A stretch of 64,000 nucleotides of DNA from a candidate division Kazan bacterium RIFCSPHIGHO2_01_FULL_44_14 (GCA_001771185.1 METB01000001.1:94520-158519); one strand, 5' to 3'; positions 1 through 9,744 are shown, counted from the stretch's first letter. The notes: generated by a model not told the origin, from the letters alone. Made by a program: numbers and translations.

Positions 1-304
1 TTAAACTGCTGACATAACAATTTTTAAGAATTTCTGCCTCCCCACCTCTTTCCTGTCCAAAAACCGGGCCGACTGTATGGATGACATATTTGGCCAACAA
101 ATTGTGTCCAGCCGTTATCCGTGCTTCTCCTGTTGGACAATACCCCAGTTTTCTACATTCTTGCGTCAGCCCCAACCCTGCCACACGATGAATAGCTCCC
201 GACACTCCACCACCAGCGGTTAGACGATTGTTGGCGGAATTCACAATGACATCCGCATCCTGTGCGGTGATATCTCCTTTAATCAGGACTGGCTTATATT
301 TCAT
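1..304 (-). CDS. Macro-domain protein (ADP-ribose / O-acetyl-ADP-ribose processing, MacroD/YmdB-like); partial, C-terminus runs off window start
   Basis: Manual minus-strand translation from the ATG at 302-304 gives [43 protein letters not shown]...[17 protein letters not shown]. This matches the macro-domain NAAN..L..GGGV..AI..AAG and V.H.VGP motifs. The frame stays open to position 1. Confidence 0.8.
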   Translation of the reverse strand, partial: MKYKPVLIKGDITAQDADVIVNSANNRLTAGGGVSGAIHRVAGLGLTQECRKLGYCPTGEARITAGHNLLAKYVIHTVGPVFGQERGGEAEILKNCYVSSL

Positions 305-403
305 AATTTGAGGACTACAAATGGATCTGAACGCATCTGGGTCAATTATAGAACCTTATGAGAACCTGTCTATCGGCAGACGGGGAAGCCAAAACCGCTA
401 AAG

Positions 404-1165
404 CTATAAGCTATTGAGCTCTTTATACATTTTAGCCACCTCCTCTGCTATAGATTCATACTCATTTCTGCCCACGACTTCTCTAATCTGGTCAATGTAC
501 CGCGTAGTCAACCTAAGGTGAAACGTTAAACCCAAAAATAAACCCTGTTGCATATAAAGTCCGTTCATCATCTCTGATTCTTTCGGATCCAACATTCCCC
601 TCACCACCATAGGGTTTGGATGATTCAGCCTACTTCCCCAAATATAAGCCTGCCCTATACGAGAAAAATCGAAGTCATTCAAGCAATGCTTATCGTGTAG
701 AGCCTTGAGCATCATATCCGCACTTAGACCCGCCCAACTATGTCTACCGTCCTTCAAATAAGATGGCACTTTTTCATACGACTCTGCCAGAATAGCAGAT
801 GATACGTCCAAATTAAGTGCCTCCTCTTGGTCCTTACCGCCAATCGATTTCAAAAACTCACGATCTTGGGTTAATTGAACCCAAAGATAGTCTTGAAATT
901 CCTTGGCCTTTTTATCTCTACCCTTCATTAACATATATTCAACGGTAAGCGAATACTCGGTTAGCTTGCGAGCCAAGTCTAAAACGCTCGCCGCAGCCTC
1001 CGTATGAGTAGCAAGATAATTGATATCCCTTAGTGCGGAAAAGGACACCCGATATATCCCCAACAGAACAGTCAAAAAATCATCTTGCTCAGTTCTTGCC
1101 CCTTCCGCCAATGGCTGGGTCGCAACCAGTAGTCTAACAAGCAACGACTTGAACCTATTTATCAT
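404..1165 (-). CDS. Hypothetical protein (253 aa), second gene of a two-gene operon; no recognisable domain
   Basis: Long ORF with an 11-nt overlap with the upstream ORF 1155..1886 (operonic). The macro-domain gene lies 100 bp downstream on the same strand. No motif is recognisable by eye. Confidence 0.6.
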   Translation of the reverse strand: MINRFKSLLVRLLVATQPLAEGARTEQDDFLTVLLGIYRVSFSALRDINYLATHTEAAASVLDLARKLTEYSLTVEYMLMKGRDKKAKEFQDYLWVQLTQDREFLKSIGGKDQEEALNLDVSSAILAESYEKVPSYLKDGRHSWAGLSADMMLKALHDKHCLNDFDFSRIGQAYIWGSRLNHPNPMVVRGMLDPKESEMMNGLYMQQGLFLGLTFHLRLTTRYIDQIREVVGRNEYESIAEEVAKMYKELNSL

Positions 1166-1886
1166 TAGTCACGACCTCCGCCACATCTACAAATGGCTCA
1201 ATTCGAAGATGTTGGTAAAGCAAATCTCGTATATCCCCAAAAATCTGATCAAGTGCCCCATCAATCTGAACCTGATTACTGGCTGCTATGCCGATCCATC
1301 GCTTCTGGGCCAATTCAAAAGATTCTACTATTTTACGCTTAAAGTGATCCACTGCTTCGGGTCGCATCCGATCTTTAAATGGTGAACTATCTCCCGATAC
1401 AGTAGCAAACACGCTTGCATCCACAAGATCCGCATCTGCAAACCGCATTCCCGTATGGTGATGCGGAACTCTGCACTCGGCTATCCCATTAAATACCTTA
1501 TAGAGTTGTCCTTTAATATGTTTAAGAGCCACCACCCACTCTTTGCCATTATTGGCCCGTCGTACATCTTTGGTTAGTACATCAAGAAAAGTTTTAACCT
1601 TATCCTTCAAACTATCAACGTCCTCTAGATAAGCATGGAGATGATGTTCGAGTGCCTCTGCACTGCTGATTTGCCCCGACTGATCGGGATAAAACTCGGT
1701 AAAATAAACTTCGTACCTTTTAACTTTTTTCAGAGCTTGGCTCAGAATCATAAGAAGTCCCAAGTACCTCTCCAACTCTCCATCATCCACACCAGTCTTA
1801 TCGATCCTGGTTATATACTGCTTCATTAGACACTCGGGATGAGCATAGACCATAACATCTGCAACTACCTTGTCAAAATTATTCAT
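1155..1886 (-). CDS. Hypothetical protein (243 aa), first gene of the two-gene operon; no recognisable domain
   Basis: Long ORF starting at ATG 1886 (MNNFDKVV...). It overlaps the downstream ORF by 11 nt. It sits inside a defence-island context. Confidence 0.6.
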   Translation of the reverse strand: MNNFDKVVADVMVYAHPECLMKQYITRIDKTGVDDGELERYLGLLMILSQALKKVKRYEVYFTEFYPDQSGQISSAEALEHHLHAYLEDVDSLKDKVKTFLDVLTKDVRRANNGKEWVVALKHIKGQLYKVFNGIAECRVPHHHTGMRFADADLVDASVFATVSGDSSPFKDRMRPEAVDHFKRKIVESFELAQKRWIGIAASNQVQIDGALDQIFGDIRDLLYQHLRIEPFVDVAEVVTNDK

Positions 1887-2010
1887 TTTAATCCTAAGAC
1901 ATATAAAATAGGTAAAACTTAGACCCAGACCAACTATACAGTGCTATCCCACCAGAGATCTGTCAATCACCTCCATAAAGGAGCTGCACAAAAATACAAA
2001 CTATCTATAT

Positions 2011-3180
2011 TCAACGATTTCCTTTTGCTCTATTATGCGTCTTACATAACATCTCACAGTTTTTGGCCGCCGTTTCGCCACCCTTACTCCATGCCGTTAC
2101 ATGATCTGCGTCCATTTCGTCTAACTTCCAAATCTTACTCTTGCTGGCATCATGTCCAATAGCACAATATGGACAGTTTGATTTACCTTGAGCTTCAGCC
2201 CTAGCAGTCTGTGTTGAATAAACAGCCTTCTTGGTCGCCTCATCAAAAACTCGAACATCGATCAATTTTGTGTCAATGGACCCACCGAGAATATACTCAA
2301 AAATGCCTTTGCGATTTTTGATGTACGGATCGCCATAGAGCTTATGCACCTCGGCTGATACTTTGGCTGGGTTGTATGATTTTTTGTGATACTCCTCGTA
2401 AAGTCGTCCCCATTCAAGCCCACGCATTTCGCTTTCTACGTCAGTAAATACGCTAGATACCCAATCAATGACGGTATTAAAATATTTTTTCAGCTCATCA
2501 ATATTTTTGTCTTTGCGATGCTTGCTCATGTAGTCGCCAATATTGCCTTTGCTTACCCAATCAAGAGCACATTCCAAAAATTCTTGCCTGTTGGCACTAC
2601 CTGATACATACGCACTCCATTTTTGAATATTGGCGTTTTGGCTATTACTGAATTCCTCTTTAGCTCTAGTTACGAACGGGCCGGAATACACGGCGTTGAG
2701 TAATTCCTGATTATTGAGCGGAACACCAGCAATATTGATTGTCTTAAACCATTCTTTTATCTGACTTTCTGTCCCTTCACACTCGTAAATGAGCAGTTTC
2801 GTTTCCAAAATTTTGACTTGCTTGTCTTTTGCCATACCGCCATAATATTGCTCCATGCCATTTTCGTCTTTGATGGCAAATTTGTCGGTGATAAATCGTC
2901 CGAGACTAGTGATGCGCTGTTGCCCGTCTAAGACTTCTAGGTTGTCGTCAGAAACTTTGTTGAAATAAATCAATCCTATCGGGTATCCTTTGAGAATTGA
3001 TTCAATAACGGCCATTTCTCTTTTGCCTCCGTCAGAAGCATAGATATAATTACGCTGATACTCTGGCTGAATCGTTAGTTTGCCGGATAAGCCAAACAAA
3101 CCCTTGCCTTCAAGTTCGTTATAGACGAACCCATCACAAATATCTTTGACTGTGGTGCTAGTCTTAAGTGTTGTTTTCAT
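2011..3180 (-). CDS. DUF262 (ParB/Srx-like, DGQQR motif) N-terminal domain fused to a C-terminal HNH nuclease; putative restriction-type endonuclease
   Basis: Motifs [11 protein letters not shown] and [10 protein letters not shown] are the DUF262 QR and DGQQR signatures. The C-terminus CPYCAIGHD...[10 protein letters not shown]...[15 protein letters not shown] is an HNH motif (CxxC...H...N...H). The start lies 4 nt after the upstream methyltransferase stop. Confidence 0.8.
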   Translation of the reverse strand: MKTTLKTSTTVKDICDGFVYNELEGKGLFGLSGKLTIQPEYQRNYIYASDGGKREMAVIESILKGYPIGLIYFNKVSDDNLEVLDGQQRITSLGRFITDKFAIKDENGMEQYYGGMAKDKQVKILETKLLIYECEGTESQIKEWFKTINIAGVPLNNQELLNAVYSGPFVTRAKEEFSNSQNANIQKWSAYVSGSANRQEFLECALDWVSKGNIGDYMSKHRKDKNIDELKKYFNTVIDWVSSVFTDVESEMRGLEWGRLYEEYHKKSYNPAKVSAEVHKLYGDPYIKNRKGIFEYILGGSIDTKLIDVRVFDEATKKAVYSTQTARAEAQGKSNCPYCAIGHDASKSKIWKLDEMDADHVTAWSKGGETAAKNCEMLCKTHNRAKGNR

Positions 3181-3184
3181 ATTA

Positions 3185-4282
3185 TTATTTCTTACGTCTT
3201 ATAAAAACTCGCTTAAAAGTTTCCTTGCCACTAATATGTGATCCGCGACCGTAAATTCTATTTGGATCTTGATCTATGCCTCGATTCGATCCAAGCAATT
3301 CAAACTGATCTGGATTATATTTATCTAAAAAACTGACAGGAACACCCATCACACCATCATAATCGCTTGGAATGGCATCGGTAAACGGAATTTCAATGGC
3401 ATCGTAGTTATCGTACTTATCATAAGATTTTTTGCCTTTAATCTCTTTGTGCTTGCTGTATTTTAAGTTCTCCTCCATTGTCATAAGTGGCAATATTTGG
3501 TGACGACGCCCATGATCAAGATTGGTAAACCAACAACAGTTTCTGAATTTCACCAAGCCAGTTTCTGGGTCATACACCCCGCCCGCATATTCTCTAGTAA
3601 TAGGCGTAGAAAAATAAGCGTTGCCAGCATTAAAGCCATTTCCTAACCACATTTTATTTTCTTTTATCAATGGAAATATTTCCTTGTAAATAATCGCACT
3701 TAGGTTACCAATGATAACGAATTTTTTATGATACTCAAAAAGCTGCTTCACATATTCACGAAATAGACTGAACGGCGGATTAGTTACCACAATATCGGAT
3801 TGTTCTAGTAATTTTATGCACTCGGGACCTCTAAAATCGCCATCTTTCTCAAGCGGCGTCCATTCATTATTTCTGTTTGCCCTTAACTGTTTGGCAATAT
3901 CTTTCAAGTTGAACTCACCGTCGCCGTCTATGTCCTTCACTTCGTTGATAATAAATTTGTTGGCGGTTACCTTTGGGCGGCCTTTTGCTTTTACAAGCGT
4001 TTTGTCATCACCAAACAAGCCTAATTGCGTGTTAGCAACAGGCGACGGCTTATAACTAGTTGTAATGAGCCGTTTTAATCCAAGCTTATTAAAATTGAGC
4101 ACAAAATAACGAAAAAAATTGCTCTCAAACGGATCATCGCAATTACAATACACCACCTGATCTCGAAACACATTGGGATTATATTCCAGATACGCCGAAA
4201 TCTCTTTTTGGATATCGCTATATTGGGTATAAAACTCATCGTTCTTTACCCTTTTTGCATTCGTAAGATTACTGTTTGCCAT
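3185..4282 (-). CDS. Putative N6-adenine DNA methyltransferase (gamma-class order: FYT motif X, then NPPF motif IV)
   Basis: NDEFYTQ near the N-terminus and IVVTNPPFS (the NPPF catalytic motif) are present. It is immediately upstream of and co-directional with the DUF262-HNH gene. Motif I is atypical ([12 protein letters not shown]), hence the moderate confidence. Confidence 0.65.
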   Translation of the reverse strand: MANSNLTNAKRVKNDEFYTQYSDIQKEISAYLEYNPNVFRDQVVYCNCDDPFESNFFRYFVLNFNKLGLKRLITTSYKPSPVANTQLGLFGDDKTLVKAKGRPKVTANKFIINEVKDIDGDGEFNLKDIAKQLRANRNNEWTPLEKDGDFRGPECIKLLEQSDIVVTNPPFSLFREYVKQLFEYHKKFVIIGNLSAIIYKEIFPLIKENKMWLGNGFNAGNAYFSTPITREYAGGVYDPETGLVKFRNCCWFTNLDHGRRHQILPLMTMEENLKYSKHKEIKGKKSYDKYDNYDAIEIPFTDAIPSDYDGVMGVPVSFLDKYNPDQFELLGSNRGIDQDPNRIYGRGSHISGKETFKRVFIRRKK

Positions 4283-4438
4283 AGTACATCCCGATAGTAC
4301 TCCAATATAAAATCCTCTTCTAAAGCCAGTTTTTGACTCCTTTAGTATAACTCAAAATAAGGCTTATTGGGACTGGACTTCGAGCCCCCTTCGGGCATCC
4401 TTACTCTGGTATAGACCGATAGACAAATGGAGGTGAAT

Positions 4439-5776
4439 ATGGCGCAAAACGAAGCGGTTTTAGAGACCCCAGAGGGGACCAGAGAAGCTCCCCAAGCAGA
4501 AGTTGGGAGATACTGCCTCTATGCCCGAAAGTCATCCGAATCGGACGAAAGACAGGCCTTATCCATCGACTCCCAAATCAAAGAGATGATGGCTATCGCC
4601 GAACGGGATGGTATTGAGGTGGTCGAGACAATCAGAGAGAGCCATTCAGCTAAGGATTCCGGCCAAAGACCGGAGTTTATGGAGCTTTTAAGGCGAATCA
4701 GAGAACAAGAGTTCAATGGAATTCTCACTTGGGCTCCCGACAGACTTTCGAGAAATGCAGGGGATTTGGGAGATCTGGTGGATATGATGGACCAAGGATT
4801 GCTGAAACACATCAAGACACCTAGCCAGATATTTAGGAATTCCCCCAATGAGAAATTCCTTTTAATGATTCTGTGCAGTCAGGCAAAGTTGGAAAATGAT
4901 AATCGAGGCATCAATGTAAAACGCGGAATGAAAAATAAATGCGACATGGGTTGGATGCCGTGTCTCCCTCCGCTTGGTTATCTGAACGATAAAGCAAATC
5001 ACACAATCATTGTCGATGCAGAACGAGCTCCGTTTATTAAAGAAGCATTTAATAAAGTCGCCGAGGAAGGCTATACCGGCAGAGCGTTATGGAGTTGGTT
5101 TAATAAAGAAACAGAATTTACAACCAGAGCGGGAAAGAAGATGGCTCTAAGTATGGTTCACAATATGCTGAGAAATCATTTTTACTACGGCCAGTTTATG
5201 CACGGCGGAGTAATGCACCAAGGTAAACATGAACCGCTGATTACAAAAGAGCTGTTTGATAAAGTCAGAGAAGCCATGCAAAAAGGCCCTCGGGGCAGAT
5301 ATGGCGAAAAAATGTTCGCCTTCACTCGAATGATAACCTGCGGAAGATGCGAACTTGGAATAACAGCTGAAGAAAAAGTTAAAAAGCTAAAAAATGGAGA
5401 AGGCCGACGACATGTCTACTACCATTGCAGCGGGTTTGGCAAATATCGATGTAAAGAGGGCTGGATGCGAGAAGCCGACCTTATTGAGCAATTTGTTGAG
5501 CTAATAGATGGAATGGATATCAACCGAATTGGAATGAGAGAGAAACTCCAAGAAGAAATTGAACGATACAATCGCTTCACCACCGGAGTACTCGGTATGA
5601 ATCCCGACACTTCCCCAATTCCCAGAGTAGACCTTAAAATGTACGCGAAATATATCTTGAGAGATGGTAGTCCAGAAGAAAAGCGAGAAATATTAAAGAA
5701 CATCAAAAACAAGGTGGTGCTGCACGATGGAAAACTATCGCTACAAAACACTCCGGAGTTAATTGAGCCCATCTAA
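4439..5776 (+). CDS. Large serine recombinase / serine integrase (resolvase catalytic domain, recombinase domain, zinc-ribbon)
   Basis: YCLYARKSSESDERQALSIDSQ is the resolvase catalytic-Ser motif. The protein is ~445 aa with a Cys-rich region (CGRCE...HCSGFGKYRC). GGAGGTG lies 5 nt before the ATG at 4439; an alternative in-frame ATG is at 4427. Confidence 0.85.
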   Translation: MAQNEAVLETPEGTREAPQAEVGRYCLYARKSSESDERQALSIDSQIKEMMAIAERDGIEVVETIRESHSAKDSGQRPEFMELLRRIREQEFNGILTWAPDRLSRNAGDLGDLVDMMDQGLLKHIKTPSQIFRNSPNEKFLLMILCSQAKLENDNRGINVKRGMKNKCDMGWMPCLPPLGYLNDKANHTIIVDAERAPFIKEAFNKVAEEGYTGRALWSWFNKETEFTTRAGKKMALSMVHNMLRNHFYYGQFMHGGVMHQGKHEPLITKELFDKVREAMQKGPRGRYGEKMFAFTRMITCGRCELGITAEEKVKKLKNGEGRRHVYYHCSGFGKYRCKEGWMREADLIEQFVELIDGMDINRIGMREKLQEEIERYNRFTTGVLGMNPDTSPIPRVDLKMYAKYILRDGSPEEKREILKNIKNKVVLHDGKLSLQNTPELIEPI

Positions 5777-5892
5777 CCCAACCATTGCGAAAAAGTTTAT
5801 AGTCTATGAGAAAAGTGGTTCATGCGCACCAGGAACGGTAATCTAGCTAGAGTAGGCTTACAACTCCCAACGGTATGATTTTGTACGGATAG

Positions 5893-7404
5893 TTATGCCT
5901 CGTTCTCTGGGGATAGTGAAACAAAGAGTTCGTAAAGTTTCTGAAATTTCTCACCAAATATTCGCCCAATCCTATTCCTTCTTATGGCATCCTGCAAATA
6001 CGACTCAGCATATGCTAATTCGGATTTTCGTCCAATGAGTTTCTTGAGTAGTGGCTTGCCAGAAGTTAATTTTAATATAGCAGTGTCGATTTTTGTCTTA
6101 GCCACATTTGACATAGTTTTCCAGACTGGGTCTTGAGACGATGCCATCTTGGATTTAATAGTTGACTGTACATTACTTTTGGTTACCCCCAGTACAGCAG
6201 ATACGATATCTAAATCGTACATAAGACACCCCTCCATGTCATACTGAGCCAACTTAATGAAGTGATTATCTCCTGGAAATTTGTCTGGCTGGTTATCACC
6301 ATCAGTCAAAAAAGAAACATTCGTAATAACAGAGGGTATGGAATTGCTAGCAAATAATTTATAGGCACTTTCTACTCCACCTTTTGCATTGTGTACCTCA
6401 ATCACATCAACAAGCTTTTGTGCACCCGAAATTTTTGCCAATGTCTCGATAACTATTTTATGGATATGGTCTTCTACAAAAACCACATGATTCCCCGATG
6501 GGTCATTAACTATCTTGAATACTCGCGTCCTGAGAGCATCTATTGTTTCTGATGTGGGGTTGCTAGATATTGCAAAGTGTTTAGCCTTACGGTTAATTTC
6601 CAGGAACTTAGAAATATTTTTATAGCCCTCTTCAAACACAATCATTGAATGAGTTGCTACCACAATTTGCTTATCGTATTCTTTGGCGAACCAATTTAAA
6701 TAGTCAAAAAAATACTTCTCGAACGACCAATTCAGATGTATCTCAGGTTCGTCTATAAGAAAAACATCATATTCATCACGTGCTTCATAAAGTTGGAATG
6801 CTAGAGATATGGATTCAGTCTCGCCTACACTCAATTGGTCTGTTGTAACTTTAAGAAAGCCAAACTTTTTTATGACAAAATCAGGAACATCCGCCTCCTC
6901 AAGTTTTAGGTCAACTATCTGATATTCGCTATATAATCGTCTCAGAATATTATTAAACTCTCTTACGGTACGCTTAAGAATGGTTATTTGGTCAACGCCT
7001 TCAGGTGTCACATTGCGCGCTTCGTGATAATGATACAAAACGATATCCGAAAATGGCGGATAGGTTTGATGGGATAGCTCTTCTAGTTTGCGATTATAGG
7101 CATTTTTTAAGTCATCCTTAATCTTACGTTGACTAGAAAATATCTCTTGTACACTTTGCTTAAATTTCCTTATTTCGATGCTTCGACTTGGGCTGTAAAC
7201 GGCAACCCTAAGGCCGGCCTGTCTAGATTGTTGCTCAATCTCAGATAAGAGTTTGCTTTTCCCGGAACCATTAATACCAGAGATAAGATTCAAGTGGGGA
7301 TTAAGATCGACGATTAGCCCATGCAAAAAATCTAACCCCTCGAGGTCTTTATAACCACTTGTAGTAGCACTTGCTAAAAATTTTACCAATCCGTCTTCAT
7401 TCAT
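5893..7404 (-). CDS. OLD-family nuclease (N-terminal ABC-type ATPase, C-terminal TOPRIM), stand-alone (class 1 OLD / GajA-like without an adjacent helicase)
   Basis: Walker A is LISGINGSGKSKLL, signature-like QLSVGE, Walker B VFLIDEPEIHLN. The TOPRIM motifs are HVVFVEDHIHKIVIE (conserved Glu) and SFLTDGDNQ (DxD). No UvrD-like partner gene is adjacent. Confidence 0.8.
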   Translation of the reverse strand: MNEDGLVKFLASATTSGYKDLEGLDFLHGLIVDLNPHLNLISGINGSGKSKLLSEIEQQSRQAGLRVAVYSPSRSIEIRKFKQSVQEIFSSQRKIKDDLKNAYNRKLEELSHQTYPPFSDIVLYHYHEARNVTPEGVDQITILKRTVREFNNILRRLYSEYQIVDLKLEEADVPDFVIKKFGFLKVTTDQLSVGETESISLAFQLYEARDEYDVFLIDEPEIHLNWSFEKYFFDYLNWFAKEYDKQIVVATHSMIVFEEGYKNISKFLEINRKAKHFAISSNPTSETIDALRTRVFKIVNDPSGNHVVFVEDHIHKIVIETLAKISGAQKLVDVIEVHNAKGGVESAYKLFASNSIPSVITNVSFLTDGDNQPDKFPGDNHFIKLAQYDMEGCLMYDLDIVSAVLGVTKSNVQSTIKSKMASSQDPVWKTMSNVAKTKIDTAILKLTSGKPLLKKLIGRKSELAYAESYLQDAIRRNRIGRIFGEKFQKLYELFVSLSPENEA

Positions 7405-7561
7405 TGTTTTATCAATTTGTCACAGCATTAGAATCAATCGACCGGACGCCACCATTCTAACACCAAAAAAGCCCCTTTGAAGGGTCTTCCTTGGAATATA
7501 TTTCTCACGCTTTTTTTATCGAGCTTACTAGGCAAGACGGTCACTTTGCCATTGTAGCTCT

Positions 7562-7635
7562 TGGCTGGGACGGAAGGACTCGAACCTTCGATCATGGGAC
7601 CAGAACCCATTGCCTTACCACTTGGCTACGTCCCA
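7562..7635 (-). tRNA. tRNA-Gln (anticodon CTG)
   Basis: A manual cloverleaf works. The acceptor TGGGACG/CGTCCCA has the U1:A72 pair, the D-stem is GCC/GGC, the anticodon stem is ATGGG/CCCAT with loop TTCTGGT, the T-arm is GAAGG-TTCGAGT-CCTTC, and the 3' end is an encoded GCCA. Confidence 0.8.
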
Positions 7636-7984
7636 CTAATAAGGCGTGAAAAAATAGTTTATCAATAAATTTGGTACGGAACCCGCCTACGCTCTACGAG
7701 CTTCGGAACGGGCAGGCAGGCGCCATCCGTTGTCTTATTTACCCCCGTAGCGAACTTCGCTCTGTTTCGGGGCCACTTGTCTGCCTGCCGATAGGCAGGG
7801 CTACACCCCATCACAATGAGTATTGAGTATAGAGAATTGGGTTATGAGTGTGAAGAGGGGTATCTGGAATTAGTGCAACCCCTCGGTCCTGCTGGACAGC
7901 AGGACTCGGGGAAACAAGGTTTATGTTTTAGTTTCTAGCTAGTCCAATTATCAGACATCTACCATGTCCGAAAGTATAAACCGA

Positions 7985-8299
7985 TTAGTATAGATATATC
8001 AAGACAATGGCAAAGACAGCCAACCAAATCAGAGTCCAGCCCACTAACCACAAGGCCTTGGACCAGTTTTTGTTTAGGGCCAGAAAAATTGGATAACCAA
8101 GCACCGCTCCGGCAGATAATACGGCAGTGATGACAAAAGTTACTGGCATTAAGACAAACCCAGTGGCGTTGGGTTTATCAGCAGTATTAACAAACTTATC
8201 TAGGTTAGTCATAAACCAGGTCCAACCCCAAAGTACGACACCGGCACTAATGGCTTGCCCTAAACCCAAGACCCAAATGGCAGTAGCAGATTTTTTCAT
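7985..8299 (-). CDS. Small hypothetical membrane protein (104 aa, ~3 TM helices)
   Basis: Hydrophobic ORF flanked on both sides by GC-rich palindromic repeat DNA. No homology is recognisable. Confidence 0.45.
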   Translation of the reverse strand: MKKSATAIWVLGLGQAISAGVVLWGWTWFMTNLDKFVNTADKPNATGFVLMPVTFVITAVLSAGAVLGYPIFLALNKNWSKALWLVGWTLIWLAVFAIVLIYLY

Positions 8300-8610
8300 G
8301 TGGCAGATGTGTTAACAATATGTTATCCCTGCCTGCCGGCAGGCTCGAGCCGAAAGCATGTCCTCGCGAAGGCGGGGACGAAGTGCTTAGACACCGGGAA
8401 TCCAGAAAAGAAAAAATAAAGAATGTTTTTGTTTCTGTCTGGATCCCCGCCTTCCTGCCCGAATCGCTACGCCCGCCAGAAATGTTGTATCTACTACGGG
8501 CTGGCGAATCGTTGCGGGCGGGCGCGGGGATGACGGATGAAGAATTTAGTGAAACGCGGCCTTTGGCCTAGATTCTTCGCTTCGCTCAGAATGACAGGTA
8601 AGGGAAAGAG

Positions 8611-9744
8611 CTATTTGAACAAGGAGGTGTAAATTTCTTCAGTATGGTCAATCATTCTGTCGGCTGAAAACTTAGACAAAGTGTTGGCTCCATTTTTGGC
8701 TAATTTGGTTTGGAGTTTTCGGTCATTCAACAGTTTCATTAGCACACCAGCTAACTTTTTCGAGTCCTTTGGTTCCACCAGAAGCCCATTATGATTTTGA
8801 GTGATAATTTCCGGAATTCCGCCAACTCTAGTTGCCACAACTGGGATTTCGGCCTTCATTGCCTCCAAAATCGTAATTCCAAAGGCCTCCGACAACGAGG
8901 GCAGAACAAAGATACGGAAGGTTTTCAGAGCCGGAAGAACATTTCCCATCGACCCAGTAAACACTACTCTATCCTCTAGTCCCGAACTTTTGATTAACTT
9001 TTCTAATTTGAATTTCAATGGGCCCTTACCGACCAGAACCAATTTTACTTTCGGCCATTTTTTCACCATCCGCGCCACCGCCTTAACTAAAGTTGCAGTA
9101 TCTTTGGCGGTGTTGAACGAACCGACTGTGCCAATCACAATGTCATCTGATGTAATGTTAAACTTGTCTTTAAAAGCCTGGATTTCGTCTTGGGTAATCT
9201 TGCGGGCTAGTGGCGTAATCCCGTTATAAATCGTGACGATTTTTTCGGGTTTACTAATTTTTGAATCAATCAGGAATTTGCGAACCGCGTTGCTGACGGC
9301 AATCACTTTGTCGGTTCCACCATCCAACATCCGCATCACACGCAGATGCGTCCAATGTAGAAGTGGATTGGCCAACTTGAACTCGTGAGTATAGGTATGT
9401 TCGGTATGTACTCGTTTAAACGGCATTCCCTTAGAAGCCATCCGACCAATCAAACCCGCCCGCTGCCCATGAGTATGAATGATATCGGGGTCATATTTTT
9501 TCAACAGTTTCGTAACCGCGCTAATTGCTGCCATATCAGCTCGACCCCGCATTGGCACTTGAAAAAACGGGATTTTACGCTTTTTTAACTGTTCGATCAA
9601 CGACCCAGGCGGAGCGATGACTGTAACATTGAATCGATGACTATTAATTCCCGACAGCAATGTTAAAAGATGTCTGGGCGCACCAGTTAAAGAACTATCG
9701 GCAATAATTTCAAAAATACTGATTTTTCCCAGTTTACGCATCAT
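8611..9744 (-). CDS. Glycosyltransferase family 4 (GT-B)
   Basis: C-terminal EAFGITILEAMKAEIPVVATRVGGIPEII, the E-x7-E GT4 motif. Confidence 0.85.
   Translation of the reverse strand: MMRKLGKISIFEIIADSSLTGAPRHLLTLLSGINSHRFNVTVIAPPGSLIEQLKKRKIPFFQVPMRGRADMAAISAVTKLLKKYDPDIIHTHGQRAGLIGRMASKGMPFKRVHTEHTYTHEFKLANPLLHWTHLRVMRMLDGGTDKVIAVSNAVRKFLIDSKISKPEKIVTIYNGITPLARKITQDEIQAFKDKFNITSDDIVIGTVGSFNTAKDTATLVKAVARMVKKWPKVKLVLVGKGPLKFKLEKLIKSSGLEDRVVFTGSMGNVLPALKTFRIFVLPSLSEAFGITILEAMKAEIPVVATRVGGIPEIITQNHNGLLVEPKDSKKLAGVLMKLLNDRKLQTKLAKNGANTLSKFSADRMIDHTEEIYTSLFK

Noticed and set aside
1020-1385. Antisense ORFs within the long minus-strand genes (e.g. 1020..1385, 8801..9229, 3816..4055, 29557..29778, 51691..52167)
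   Set aside because: They are embedded opposite much longer ORFs with recognisable domains or operon structure. They are treated as shadow ORFs.
7405-7561. att-site direct repeat of the tRNA-Gln 3' end marking the island boundary
   Set aside because: Only a weak partial resemblance (ggacttcgagcc vs ggactcgaacc near 4365-4395) was found. This is insufficient to call an attL/attR pair, and the left boundary may lie outside the window.
8320-8571. 83-aa ORF MLSLPAGRLEPKACPREGG...
   Set aside because: It lies entirely within GC-rich palindromic repeat DNA and has Arg/Gly/Ala-biased low-complexity composition typical of translated GC repeats. It is probably not a gene.
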